DNA of 57,643 nt, taken from contig JAHDYE010000002.1 of assembly GCA_023383035.1 (NCBI GenBank), forward strand, positions 1-57,643, given 5' to 3'. Source of the DNA: Burkholderiaceae bacterium. Its GTDB lineage: Bacteria > Pseudomonadota > Gammaproteobacteria > Burkholderiales > Burkholderiaceae_E. Under the pieces are notes generated by a model, which was not told where the DNA came from, did not search any database, and saw only the letters and a program-made list of their open reading frames with translations. Shown here piece after piece: positions 46,898 through 56,181 of this stretch (position 1 is the first letter of the stretch; each line of letters opens with the position of its first letter). Position numbers and translations under genes: made by a program.

Positions 46898-49339
46898 ATG
46901 AGCATGCCGACCATGCCGGAGCGCTTCGAGGTCGTCTCGAGCCTGGACCGGTTCGATCGCAGCTCGGGCAACCGCCTCGAACGGTTGTTGTTCAATCATC
47001 GCGTGCTCGTCGTCGGCGCGTGCGTGGTTCTCACGCTGGTACTGGGCCTGGCCGCCACGCAGCTGCGCCTGAATGCGAGCTTCCTGAAGACGATTCCGAC
47101 CGGGCATCCGTTCATCGTCAATTACCTGGCCAACGAGAGCGACCTGAAGGGGCTGGCGAACGCGCTGCGCATCGCGGTCGAGGCGCCGGAGGGCAGGGAC
47201 ATCTTCGATGCCGGGTACCTCGAGATCCTGCGTCGCATCAACGACGAGGTCTATCTGATCCCGGGCGTTGACCGCGCCTATGTGAAGTCGCTCTGGATGC
47301 CGGCCACGCGCTGGACCGGCATCACCGAAAACGGGTTCGACGGAGGCCCGGTGATCGCCGACGGCTACGACGGCTCGGCGCAGAGCCTGCGCACGGTGCG
47401 TGCGAACGTGGAACGCTCGGGTGAGATCGGCCAGCTCGTGGCGCCCGACATGCGATCGAGCATCGTCTACGTGCCGCTGATCGACGTCAACCCTCAGACC
47501 GGTGAGACACTCGACTACAAGGCGCTTTCCACCGCCCTCGAAGCCATCCGCGCGAAGTACGAAGCCGAGGGCGTGCGCGTGCACATCACCGGCTTCGCCA
47601 AGATCATGGGCGACCTGATCGAGGGACTCGAGGCCATGCTCGGCTTCTTCGCGGCCGCGGTGCTCATCACGGGCGTGCTGCTGTTTCGCTTCACGCGCTG
47701 TCTGCGCAGCACTCTGCTCGTGCAGGTCTGCACGCTGGTCGGCGTGACCTGGCTGCTCGGGCTCCTGCCGCTGCTCGGCCACGAGCTCAATCCGTACTCG
47801 ATCCTGGTCCCGTTCCTCGTCTATGCGATCGGCGTGAGCCATGGCGCGCAAAAGATGAACGGCATCATGCAGGACATCGGGCGGGGCACGCACCGGCTGG
47901 TCGCGGCGCGCTATACGTTCCGCCGCCTCTTCACGGCCGGCGCCACCGCGCTGTTCGCCGACATGGCCGGCTTCGCGGTGCTGCTGCTTATCGACATCCC
48001 GGTCATTCGCGACCTGGCGCTCATCGCGAGCATCGGCGTGGGCATCCTGATCTTCACGAATCTGGCGCTGCTGCCCGTGCTGCTCTCGTACACCGGCGTC
48101 TCGCCCGTCGCCGCACGTCGGAGTCTGCAGAACGAGGCCGACGGCGCGCCGAGCGAATACGCGTCCGCGCACGGTGTTCACCAGTGGATCGCACATCCGT
48201 TCTGGCGCGTGCTCGTGTCCTTCACGACACCATCGAGGGCGCGCGCGGCGATCGCCTGCGCGGCGGTACTCGCCGCAGCGGCCTTCGCGGTGAGCACGCA
48301 GCTGCGGATCGGCGACCTCGATCGCGGTGCGCCGGAGCTGCGCGCGGACTCGCGCTACAACCGCGACAACGACTTCGTCGTCCGCAACTACCAGGCGAGC
48401 AGCGACACCTTCGCGATCATGGTGAAGACGCCGCTCGACACCTGCGCGCGCTACGAGACGCTGCGCAAGGTCGACGAGCTCGAATGGATGCTGCGCCAGG
48501 TGCGCGGCGTGGAGGGAACCCACTCGGTGGCGGCGCTGGCGCGCCTCATGAGCGTGGGCATGAACGAGGGCAGCCTGAAGTGGGGCGAGCTGGTCCCGAA
48601 CCAGCACGCGATCAATCTCGCCGCCTCGCGTGCGCCGCGGGAGCTGCTGAACCCCACCTGCGACGTCCTCGTCGTCTACGCCTATCTCCAGGATCACAAG
48701 GCCGACACGCTGGCCGGCGTCGTCGCCGCGGTGCAGGCGTTCGCCGCGGCCAACGACGACGAGCACGCGAGGTTCCTGCTCGCGGCGGGCAACGCCGGCA
48801 TCGAGAGCGCGACCAACATCGTCGTGAAGGAAGCGAACATACGGATGCTGGTCGGCGTCTACGTCATGGTGACGCTGCTGTGCCTGATCGCGTTCCGCTC
48901 CTGGCGCGCCGTGCTCTGCGCGGTGCTGCCGCTGGCGTTGACCTCGGTGATGGCCGAGGCGCTGATGGTCGCGCTGGGCATGGGCGTGAAGGTCGCCACG
49001 CTGCCGGTCATCGCGCTGGGCGTGGGGATCGGCGTCGACTACGCGCTGTATGTCCTGAGCGTCACGATGTCGTGGCTCAAGCAGGGAGCGACGCTCGCCC
49101 AGGCGTACTACCGGGCGCTGCTGTTCACCGGGCGCGTCGTCGTCTTCACCGGCGTCACGCTCTCGCTCGGCGTGCTCACGTGGGTGCTTTCGCCGATCAA
49201 GTTCCAGGCCGACATGGGGATCCTGCTGACGTTCATGTTCCTGTGGAACATGCTGGGCGCGCTGATCCTGATTCCTGCGCTGGCCTGCTACCTGGTGCGC
49301 CCGGTCGCGACGGTGTGGGTCACGCCCGCGCCGGCCTGA
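46898..49339 (+). CDS. RND/MMPL family transporter
   Basis: Two RND halves, AIGVSHGAQKMNG, GIGVDYALY, SPIKFQADMG. Confidence 0.88.
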   Translation: MSMPTMPERFEVVSSLDRFDRSSGNRLERLLFNHRVLVVGACVVLTLVLGLAATQLRLNASFLKTIPTGHPFIVNYLANESDLKGLANALRIAVEAPEGRDIFDAGYLEILRRINDEVYLIPGVDRAYVKSLWMPATRWTGITENGFDGGPVIADGYDGSAQSLRTVRANVERSGEIGQLVAPDMRSSIVYVPLIDVNPQTGETLDYKALSTALEAIRAKYEAEGVRVHITGFAKIMGDLIEGLEAMLGFFAAAVLITGVLLFRFTRCLRSTLLVQVCTLVGVTWLLGLLPLLGHELNPYSILVPFLVYAIGVSHGAQKMNGIMQDIGRGTHRLVAARYTFRRLFTAGATALFADMAGFAVLLLIDIPVIRDLALIASIGVGILIFTNLALLPVLLSYTGVSPVAARRSLQNEADGAPSEYASAHGVHQWIAHPFWRVLVSFTTPSRARAAIACAAVLAAAAFAVSTQLRIGDLDRGAPELRADSRYNRDNDFVVRNYQASSDTFAIMVKTPLDTCARYETLRKVDELEWMLRQVRGVEGTHSVAALARLMSVGMNEGSLKWGELVPNQHAINLAASRAPRELLNPTCDVLVVYAYLQDHKADTLAGVVAAVQAFAAANDDEHARFLLAAGNAGIESATNIVVKEANIRMLVGVYVMVTLLCLIAFRSWRAVLCAVLPLALTSVMAEALMVALGMGVKVATLPVIALGVGIGVDYALYVLSVTMSWLKQGATLAQAYYRALLFTGRVVVFTGVTLSLGVLTWVLSPIKFQADMGILLTFMFLWNMLGALILIPALACYLVRPVATVWVTPAPA

Positions 49340-49375
49340 CGCAAGACAGATTCTGAAATTCGAAGGGAGTCATCG

Positions 49376-50818
49376 ATGGACAGCTACAGGATGTGGATCG
49401 GCGGCGAGTGGCTCGAAGCCGAATCGAGGAAGACGTATCCGGTCTTCAACCCGACCACCGGCGAGGAGATCGCGCGGCTCGCGATGGGCGGCCTTCCGGA
49501 GGTCGAGCGTGCCGTGCAGGCCGCGCACCGCGCCTTCGCCGGCTGGTCGCGCGCGCCGCAGGCCGAACGATCGGGCGCGCTGAACCGCATCGCCGCGCTG
49601 ATGCGCGAGAACGTCGACGAGCTCGCCCGCATCGAGACGATGGAGCACGGCATGCCGATCGAGGCGGCGAAGAAGGTCATCACCTTCGCCTCGCACGCGA
49701 TGGAGTTCAACGCCGCGGCGGCCCGGTCGCTGCGCGGCGAGGTGATCCATGCGTTCCCGAACACCGTCACCTATCTCGAGCGCGAGCCGGTCGGCGTCTG
49801 CGCGCTGATCACGCCGTGGAACGTGCCGCTGTTCATGATCTGCGCGAAGGTCTCGCTCGCGCTGGCCACCGGCAACACCTGCGTGGTGAAGCCGCCGAGC
49901 ATCAACTCGCTGATCGCGGTCCGGTTCGCGGAGATCCTCGAGAAGGCGGTCCTGCCCCCGGGCGTGGTCAACGTGCTCACGGGGCCGGGCGGCAGCGTGG
50001 GCGACGCGCTCGCATCGCACCCGCTGGTGAACCTCGTCGGCATGACGGGCAGCAGCGAGACCGGCAAGCGGATCATCGCCTCGTCGAGCCGGTCGATCAA
50101 GCGCCTGGTGCTCGAGCTCGGCGGCAAGAACCCGGTGATCCTCCTCGAGGACGCCGATCTCGATCATGCCGCCGAGGTGCTCGCGCATCACCAGTTCTTC
50201 AACAGCGGCATGACCTGCGGGTCGCCGGGCCGCTACTACGTGCATCCGGCCGTGCACGATGCCTTCGTCGAGAAGCTGGTCGCGCGCGCGAGGAAGGTCG
50301 TCGTCGGCGATCCGGCCGACCCGCGCACGACGATGGGACCCGTGGTCAGCGCCGAGCACCGCGACAAGGTCGAGGCCTACATCGCCTCGGGCATCGAGCA
50401 AGGCGCGAAGCTCGTCTGCGGAGGCGAGCGGCCGACGGCGCCGCCGCTGGACCGGGGATGGTTCGTGATGCCGACGGTGTTCATCGGGGTGACGCAGGAC
50501 ATGACGATCGCTCGCGAGGAAATTTTCGGTCCCGTGGCGTGCGTGATGAAGTACTCGCCGTCGGACGACGTCGTGGCGCTCGCCAACGACAACGTCTACG
50601 GGCTGTGCGCATCGGTATGGACGAAAAACCTCGCGAAGGGGCTGAAGTACGGGTACGAGCTGCGCGTCGGCTCCTTCTGGGTGAACCAGCACAACCATCT
50701 CGCGCCGGAGATTCCGTGGGGCGGCATCAAGGACAGCGGCATCGGCAAGGAGGCCTCGATCGAGGGGCTCAAGGAATTCACGCAGATGAAGCTGATGTCC
50801 TACGAACTCCGCGGATGA
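49376..50818 (+). CDS. Aldehyde dehydrogenase, paralog 1
   Basis: ITPWNVP, TGSSETG, LELGGKNP, NSGMTC, EEIFGPV. Confidence 0.93.
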   Translation: MDSYRMWIGGEWLEAESRKTYPVFNPTTGEEIARLAMGGLPEVERAVQAAHRAFAGWSRAPQAERSGALNRIAALMRENVDELARIETMEHGMPIEAAKKVITFASHAMEFNAAAARSLRGEVIHAFPNTVTYLEREPVGVCALITPWNVPLFMICAKVSLALATGNTCVVKPPSINSLIAVRFAEILEKAVLPPGVVNVLTGPGGSVGDALASHPLVNLVGMTGSSETGKRIIASSSRSIKRLVLELGGKNPVILLEDADLDHAAEVLAHHQFFNSGMTCGSPGRYYVHPAVHDAFVEKLVARARKVVVGDPADPRTTMGPVVSAEHRDKVEAYIASGIEQGAKLVCGGERPTAPPLDRGWFVMPTVFIGVTQDMTIAREEIFGPVACVMKYSPSDDVVALANDNVYGLCASVWTKNLAKGLKYGYELRVGSFWVNQHNHLAPEIPWGGIKDSGIGKEASIEGLKEFTQMKLMSYELRG

Positions 50819-50879
50819 CGCGACGTGGGGGGCGATGCGCCATGCACGGAACGGGTCGAAGGGTTAGGGAGCGAAGCGG

Positions 50880-52331
50880 ATGACCGGTGAACCAAGGATG
50901 TGGATCGGCGGCGAATGGGTCGGTGCCGGGTCGGGCAAGACTCTCACGGTCGTCAATCCGAGCACCGAGGAAGCGCTGGGGGGTGTGCCCCTGGCCGGAG
51001 AGGCCGACGTCGATCGTGCCGTCGCGGCGGCCTGCCGTGCGTTTCCCGCGTGGTCGCGCACGCCGCAGGCAGAGCGATCGAGGAAGCTGATGCAGTTCGC
51101 CGTACGCATCCGCGAGCAGGCCGACGAGATCGCGCGCCTCGAGTGCCTCGAGCACGGCACACCGCTCGCCGACGCGAAGCATATCGTCATGTGGGCGGCC
51201 GAGATCGTCGAGTACACTGCCTCGGCCGCGCGCGCGCTGATGGGTAGCCACGTACCGACCAGACCCGGCGTCGTCGCATATCTGCAGCGGGTGCCGGTCG
51301 GCGTCTGCGCGCTGATCACGCCGTGGAACGTTCCGTTCATCATGATGGCGGTGAAGCTCGCGCCGGCGCTCGCCACGGGCAACACCTGCGTGATGAAGCC
51401 GCCGAGCATCAACTCGCTGACGGGACTCGCGTTCGCGCGGCTCGTCGCCGAACTGGATCTGCCGCCGGGCACGGTAAACGTAGTCACCGGCCCCGGATCG
51501 AGCATCGGACACCGGCTCGCCTCGCATCCGGACGTGGATCTCGTCGGCTTCACGGGCAGCACCGAAACGGGACGCTCGATCATGGCAGCCGCGAGCTCGA
51601 CGATCAAGAAGCTCGTCATGGAGCTCGGCGGCAAGAATCCCTTCATCCTCCTGGAGGATGCCGACGTCGACGAAGCCGTGCGCGTGCTCGTCGGCCGCCA
51701 GTACAACAACAGCGGGCAGCACTGCTCGGGCGTGGGCCGCTACTACGTGCACGAGCGCGTGTACGACGAATTCCTCGAGAAGTTCGTTGCGGCCAGCTCG
51801 GCGGTAGTGGTCGGCGATCCGCTCGACCCGCGCACGACGATGGGGCCGGTCGTGAGCGCCGAGCATCGCGCGCACATCGAGCGCCTCGTCGAATCGGCGA
51901 TCGCCGAAGGGGCGCGGCTGGTGCTGGGCGGGCGGCGCCCGACGCAGCCGCCACTGGATCGCGGCTACTACGTGATGCCCACGGTGATCGCCGACGTCAC
52001 GCAGCAGATGACGATCGCGCGCGAAGAGGTGTTCGGTCCCGTCGCCTGCATCATGAAGTTCCGCGACCACGACGACATCGTCGCCATGGCGAACGACACA
52101 CGTTACGGCCTGTGCGCGGGTTTCTTCACTCGGGACGTGTCCCGGGCGCTGCGCTTGGCCGGCGAGATCCGCACCGGCTCGGTGTTCGTCAACACACACA
52201 TGCTTACGCCCGAAATGCCGTGGGGAGGCGGCGTGAAGCAGAGCGGTCTCGGCAAGGAAGGATCGATTGCAGGAATGGAGGAGTTCACGGAGCTCAAGCT
52301 GGTCTGCATCGAGGTGGGCGCCGGCCAATAA
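50880..52331 (+). CDS. Aldehyde dehydrogenase, paralog 2
   Basis: ITPWNVP, FTGSTETG, MELGGKNP, NSGQHC, EEVFGPV. Confidence 0.93.
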   Translation: MTGEPRMWIGGEWVGAGSGKTLTVVNPSTEEALGGVPLAGEADVDRAVAAACRAFPAWSRTPQAERSRKLMQFAVRIREQADEIARLECLEHGTPLADAKHIVMWAAEIVEYTASAARALMGSHVPTRPGVVAYLQRVPVGVCALITPWNVPFIMMAVKLAPALATGNTCVMKPPSINSLTGLAFARLVAELDLPPGTVNVVTGPGSSIGHRLASHPDVDLVGFTGSTETGRSIMAAASSTIKKLVMELGGKNPFILLEDADVDEAVRVLVGRQYNNSGQHCSGVGRYYVHERVYDEFLEKFVAASSAVVVGDPLDPRTTMGPVVSAEHRAHIERLVESAIAEGARLVLGGRRPTQPPLDRGYYVMPTVIADVTQQMTIAREEVFGPVACIMKFRDHDDIVAMANDTRYGLCAGFFTRDVSRALRLAGEIRTGSVFVNTHMLTPEMPWGGGVKQSGLGKEGSIAGMEEFTELKLVCIEVGAGQ

Positions 52332-52489
52332 TTGCCAGCGGCGGTACCGGTCGCAAGATCGGCGAAACGACGGTTTTCGCGCCGCCGAGGCGAGCGTTCG
52401 CTTGTTGGGGCCGTCGTATCGCCCCGGCGGGAACGTATACTTGATTCGCCGATCGTGTATCTGCCTGTCTGTCGCGCCGTACCCGACAC

Positions 52490-54412
52490 ATGACCCGCTA
52501 TCGCGCTGCCCGCGTCGACGCCTGCCTGGATGTCGAATGCCGTGAAGCGGCCGGCGGCATCCGGCTGCTGCGCTCGCCGGTGCCGCTGCAGCCGTTTCCC
52601 GACCGGCTCACCGACCGGCTCGAGCACTGGGCGCGCGAGGCGCCCGCCCGCACGCTGGCGGCACGCCGCGAGCACGGCGGCGACTGGCGTCACGTCAGCT
52701 ACGCGCAGATGGTGGCGCGCGCCCGCGCGATCGGCCAGGCGCTGGTCGATCGCGGACTGTCGCCGCAGCGCCCGGTCGCGATCCTCTCCGGCAACGACCT
52801 CGAGCATCTGGCGCTCGCGCTGGGCGCGATGTGGGCCGGCGTGCCCAGCGCGCCGGTGTCGCCCGCCTATTCGCTGCTGTCGCAGGACCACGGCAGGCTG
52901 CGCCACATTCTCGGCACGTTGACGCCGGGGCTGGTGTTCGCGTCCGGCCCCGAATACGCGCGGGCGATCCGCGCGGTGGTCGATCCCGACGTCGAGCTGG
53001 TGCTGGCCGACGGGTGCGTCGACGGGCGCGTCGTCACCCCGTTCGACACCTTGCTCGCCACCGTGCCGCGCGCCGGCGTCGATGCCGCGCACGCGCGGGT
53101 CGGGCCCGACACGATCGCCCGGTTCCTGTTCACCTCCGGCTCGACGCGCGCGCCCAAGGGCGTGATCAACACGCACCGCATGCTGTGCGCCAACCAGCAG
53201 ATGATCCGCCAGGGCATGGCCTTTCTCGCCGACGAGCCGCCGGTGCTGGTCGACTGGCTGCCGTGGAACCATACCTTCGGCGGCAACCACAACGTCGGCA
53301 TCGCGATCTACAACGGCGGCACGCTGTACATCGACGACGGCAAGCCGACCCCGCAAGGCATCGGCGAGACGCTGCGCAACCTGCGCGAGATCTCGCCGAC
53401 CGTGTATTTCAACGTGCCCCGAGGCTTCGAGGAGATCGTCGCGGCGATGCGCGACGACGCGGTGCTGCGCGCGTCGCTGTTGCGGCGCGTGAAGGCATTC
53501 ATGTTCGCGGGCGCCGGCCTGTCGCAGCCGGTCTGGGACGAACTCGACCGTCTCGCCGAACAGGCCGTCGGCGAGCGCATCCCGATGATCACCGGCCTGG
53601 GCATGACCGAAACCGCGCCGTCGTGCACCTTCGCGTTGCGCGCCGGCGCGGTGCGCTCGGGCCACGTCGGCCTGCCGTGCCCGGGCGTGGAGGTGAAGCT
53701 GGTGCCGCTCGACGGCAAGACCGAGATCCGCTTCCGCGGCCCCCACGTCATGCCCGGCTACTGGCGCCTGCCCGAGGCCAGCGCCAGCGCCTTCGACGAG
53801 GAGGGCTACTATCGTACCGGCGACGCCGTGACGTGGGTCGACCCGGCCGACCCGCGACAGGGGCTGGTGTTCGACGGGCGTATCGCCGAGGACTTCAAGC
53901 TTGCCACCGGCACCTTCGTCAGCGTCGGCCCGCTGCGCGCGCGCATCCTCGCCGCCGGGGCGCCGTACGTGCAGGATGCGGTGATCACCGGCATCGACCG
54001 CGACGAAGTGGGCATGCTGGTCTTTCCGCGGCTGGACGAGTGTCGTTCACTGGCCGGGCTGCCACTGGAGGCGGCGCCCGCCGACGTGCTGCGCCATCCG
54101 GCGGTGCGCGCGGTGTTCCAGGCGCTGCTCGACCGCCTGTGGCGCGAAGGCACCGGCAGCGCGAGTCGCGTCGCGCGTGCGCACGTGATGGCGGCCGCGC
54201 CGTCGATCGACCGCGACGAGATCACCGACAAGGGTTCGATCAACCAGCGCGCCGTGCTGCGCAACCGCGCGGCGCTGGTCGAGGCGCTGTACCGGGCCGC
54301 GGGCGACGACGCAGACGAGGTGCTGCGCCCTACAACAGCGCCTTGGGCAGGAACAGCACCGTCTCGGGAAACACCCACATCAGCGCCAGGCACGCCGCGT
54401 ACGCCAGCATGA
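52490..54412 (+). CDS. fcs: Feruloyl-CoA synthase-type acyl-CoA ligase
   Basis: FTSGSTRAPKGVINT, DWLPWNHTFGGNHN, YFNVP, GLGMTET, FDGRIAEDFKL.TGT, EITDKGSINQ. Confidence 0.87.
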   Translation: MTRYRAARVDACLDVECREAAGGIRLLRSPVPLQPFPDRLTDRLEHWAREAPARTLAARREHGGDWRHVSYAQMVARARAIGQALVDRGLSPQRPVAILSGNDLEHLALALGAMWAGVPSAPVSPAYSLLSQDHGRLRHILGTLTPGLVFASGPEYARAIRAVVDPDVELVLADGCVDGRVVTPFDTLLATVPRAGVDAAHARVGPDTIARFLFTSGSTRAPKGVINTHRMLCANQQMIRQGMAFLADEPPVLVDWLPWNHTFGGNHNVGIAIYNGGTLYIDDGKPTPQGIGETLRNLREISPTVYFNVPRGFEEIVAAMRDDAVLRASLLRRVKAFMFAGAGLSQPVWDELDRLAEQAVGERIPMITGLGMTETAPSCTFALRAGAVRSGHVGLPCPGVEVKLVPLDGKTEIRFRGPHVMPGYWRLPEASASAFDEEGYYRTGDAVTWVDPADPRQGLVFDGRIAEDFKLATGTFVSVGPLRARILAAGAPYVQDAVITGIDRDEVGMLVFPRLDECRSLAGLPLEAAPADVLRHPAVRAVFQALLDRLWREGTGSASRVARAHVMAAAPSIDRDEITDKGSINQRAVLRNRAALVEALYRAAGDDADEVLRPTTAPWAGTAPSRETPTSAPGTPRTPA

Positions 54413-55631
54413 AGTACATGACGCCGAGGAAGATCACGTGGATCGGCACGTCGGGTGCCAGCCCGTTGACGATGAACACGTTCACGCCCACCGGCGGCGT
54501 GACCGCACCCATCGTGGTCACCACGGTCAGGACGATCGTGAACCAGGTCGGGTCGTAGCCGAGCGCCGCGGCCATCGGGAAGAAGATCGGCACCGTCACC
54601 ACCAGGAAGCCGAGCGCGTCCATCAGGCAGCCGCCGATCAGGTAGATCAGGACCACCACCATCATGATCGTGAACGACGGCACCGGCAGCGCGGCGGCCC
54701 AGTCGGCCAGCTCGAACGGCAGCCGCGAGACGGTCAGGAAGCGGCCGAACAGCACGGCGCCGGTGATCAGCAGCACCACCATTGCCGAGATGCGCAGCGT
54801 CTCCGAGGCCGACAGCACGATCTCCTTCAGCGACAGGCGGCGGCGCGCCAACCCGATCACCAGTGCGCCGAAGGCGCCGGCTGCGCCCGCCTCGGTGGGC
54901 GTGAACCAGCCGACGTAGAGCCCGCCGATCACGAGCACGAACAGGATCAGCGTCTCGATGACGCCCGACAATGACGCGAGCTTCTCGCGCAGGCTGGTGG
55001 CCGGCCCCGGCGGGCCGAGCGCGGGCTTGCGCAGGCACATCGCCAGCACGGTCGCGAGGAACAGCACGGTCAGGATCAGTCCGGGAACGATGCCGGCGAG
55101 GAACAGCCGCAGCAGCGACTGCTCGGTCTGAACCGCGATCACGATCATCACGACGCTGGGCGGAATGACGACGCCGAGCGTGCCGCCCACGGCCACCGCG
55201 CCGGTGGCGAGCGCGCTGTCGTAGCCGTAGCGGCGCATCGCCGGCAGCGCGATCGTGCCCATCGTCGCCGCAGTCGCCGAGTTCGAGCCGCAGATCGCCG
55301 AGAAGCCGGCGCAGGCGGTGATCGTGGTGCAGGCCAGCCCGCCCGGCATGCGTCCGAACCACTTGTAGGCCGCGTCGTAGAGCCGCTCGGTGATGCCGGC
55401 GCGATAGGCGAACTGGCCCATCAGCACGAACAGCGGCACGACGCTCAGCCCGTACGACGAGAACTGCTCCCAGACATTGGTCGACAGCAGGTGGGTCGCG
55501 GCCGGCACCGACAGCAGGTAGGCATTGCCGAGCACGCCGGCCAGCAGCATCGCGAAGCCGATCGGCATGCCGAACAGCATCAGCGCGAACATGAGCACCA
55601 GGCCGATGACGGCGATCGTGACCGGGTCCAT
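54330..55631 (-). CDS. dctM: TRAP transporter large permease
   Basis: VPLFVLMG, GVVIPPS, FTPTEAGA, TPPVG. Confidence 0.9.
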   Translation of the reverse strand: MDPVTIAVIGLVLMFALMLFGMPIGFAMLLAGVLGNAYLLSVPAATHLLSTNVWEQFSSYGLSVVPLFVLMGQFAYRAGITERLYDAAYKWFGRMPGGLACTTITACAGFSAICGSNSATAATMGTIALPAMRRYGYDSALATGAVAVGGTLGVVIPPSVVMIVIAVQTEQSLLRLFLAGIVPGLILTVLFLATVLAMCLRKPALGPPGPATSLREKLASLSGVIETLILFVLVIGGLYVGWFTPTEAGAAGAFGALVIGLARRRLSLKEIVLSASETLRISAMVVLLITGAVLFGRFLTVSRLPFELADWAAALPVPSFTIMMVVVLIYLIGGCLMDALGFLVVTVPIFFPMAAALGYDPTWFTIVLTVVTTMGAVTPPVGVNVFIVNGLAPDVPIHVIFLGVMYFMLAYAACLALMWVFPETVLFLPKALL

Positions 55632-55664
55632 CGTTGTCCTTGTTCTTGCGGATCGCGCAGCCGC

Positions 55665-56165
55665 TCAACGATGCTGTCGCAGCATCGTTCGCAGGCGTGT
55701 CGCCGATTTCAGGAGCTCCACCAGCAGCGCGAGCGTCAGCCCGGCCGCGCCCGCGGCGACCACGTAGACCCACGGATAGACGATCGCCTTGAGCGTTTCC
55801 GACAGCGAGCCGGTCTCGTGCAGCACCCGGCCATAGCGCGCGAGGTACCAGGCCACCGCCGCGAACAGCAGCAGCGCGAGCAGGGTCATGACGAGCTCGA
55901 TGGCGGTGCGTGTGCGCCCCGCCAGGCGCGTCGTCAGCAGGTCGATCGCGACGTGGCCGCGGTGCCGCTGCGTATAGCCGAGCGCCAGCGCCATCGCCGC
56001 CGCCGACAGCCAGCCGATGATTTCGTAGGAGCCGGCCACCGGGCGCCCGAGGCCGCGCAGCACCATGTCGGCGACGGTGAACAGCATCATCGCCATCAGG
56101 GCCAGCCCGGCGGCCCAGGCCAGCGCCGCGTTCAGCCACTGGTCGAGTCGCTCCAGCGTGCGCAT
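55665..56165 (-). CDS. dctQ: TRAP transporter small permease
   Basis: GRPVAGSYEI, GHVAID, 4 TM. Confidence 0.88.
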   Translation of the reverse strand: MRTLERLDQWLNAALAWAAGLALMAMMLFTVADMVLRGLGRPVAGSYEIIGWLSAAAMALALGYTQRHRGHVAIDLLTTRLAGRTRTAIELVMTLLALLLFAAVAWYLARYGRVLHETGSLSETLKAIVYPWVYVVAAGAAGLTLALLVELLKSATRLRTMLRQHR

Positions 56166-56181
56166 GCCAAGGCGTCCCGCT

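Noticed and set aside
3075-52489. Mobile genomic island
   Set aside because: The interior looks slightly less GC-biased than the flanks by eye, but no integrase, transposase, tRNA or terminal direct repeats were found; composition was not computed.
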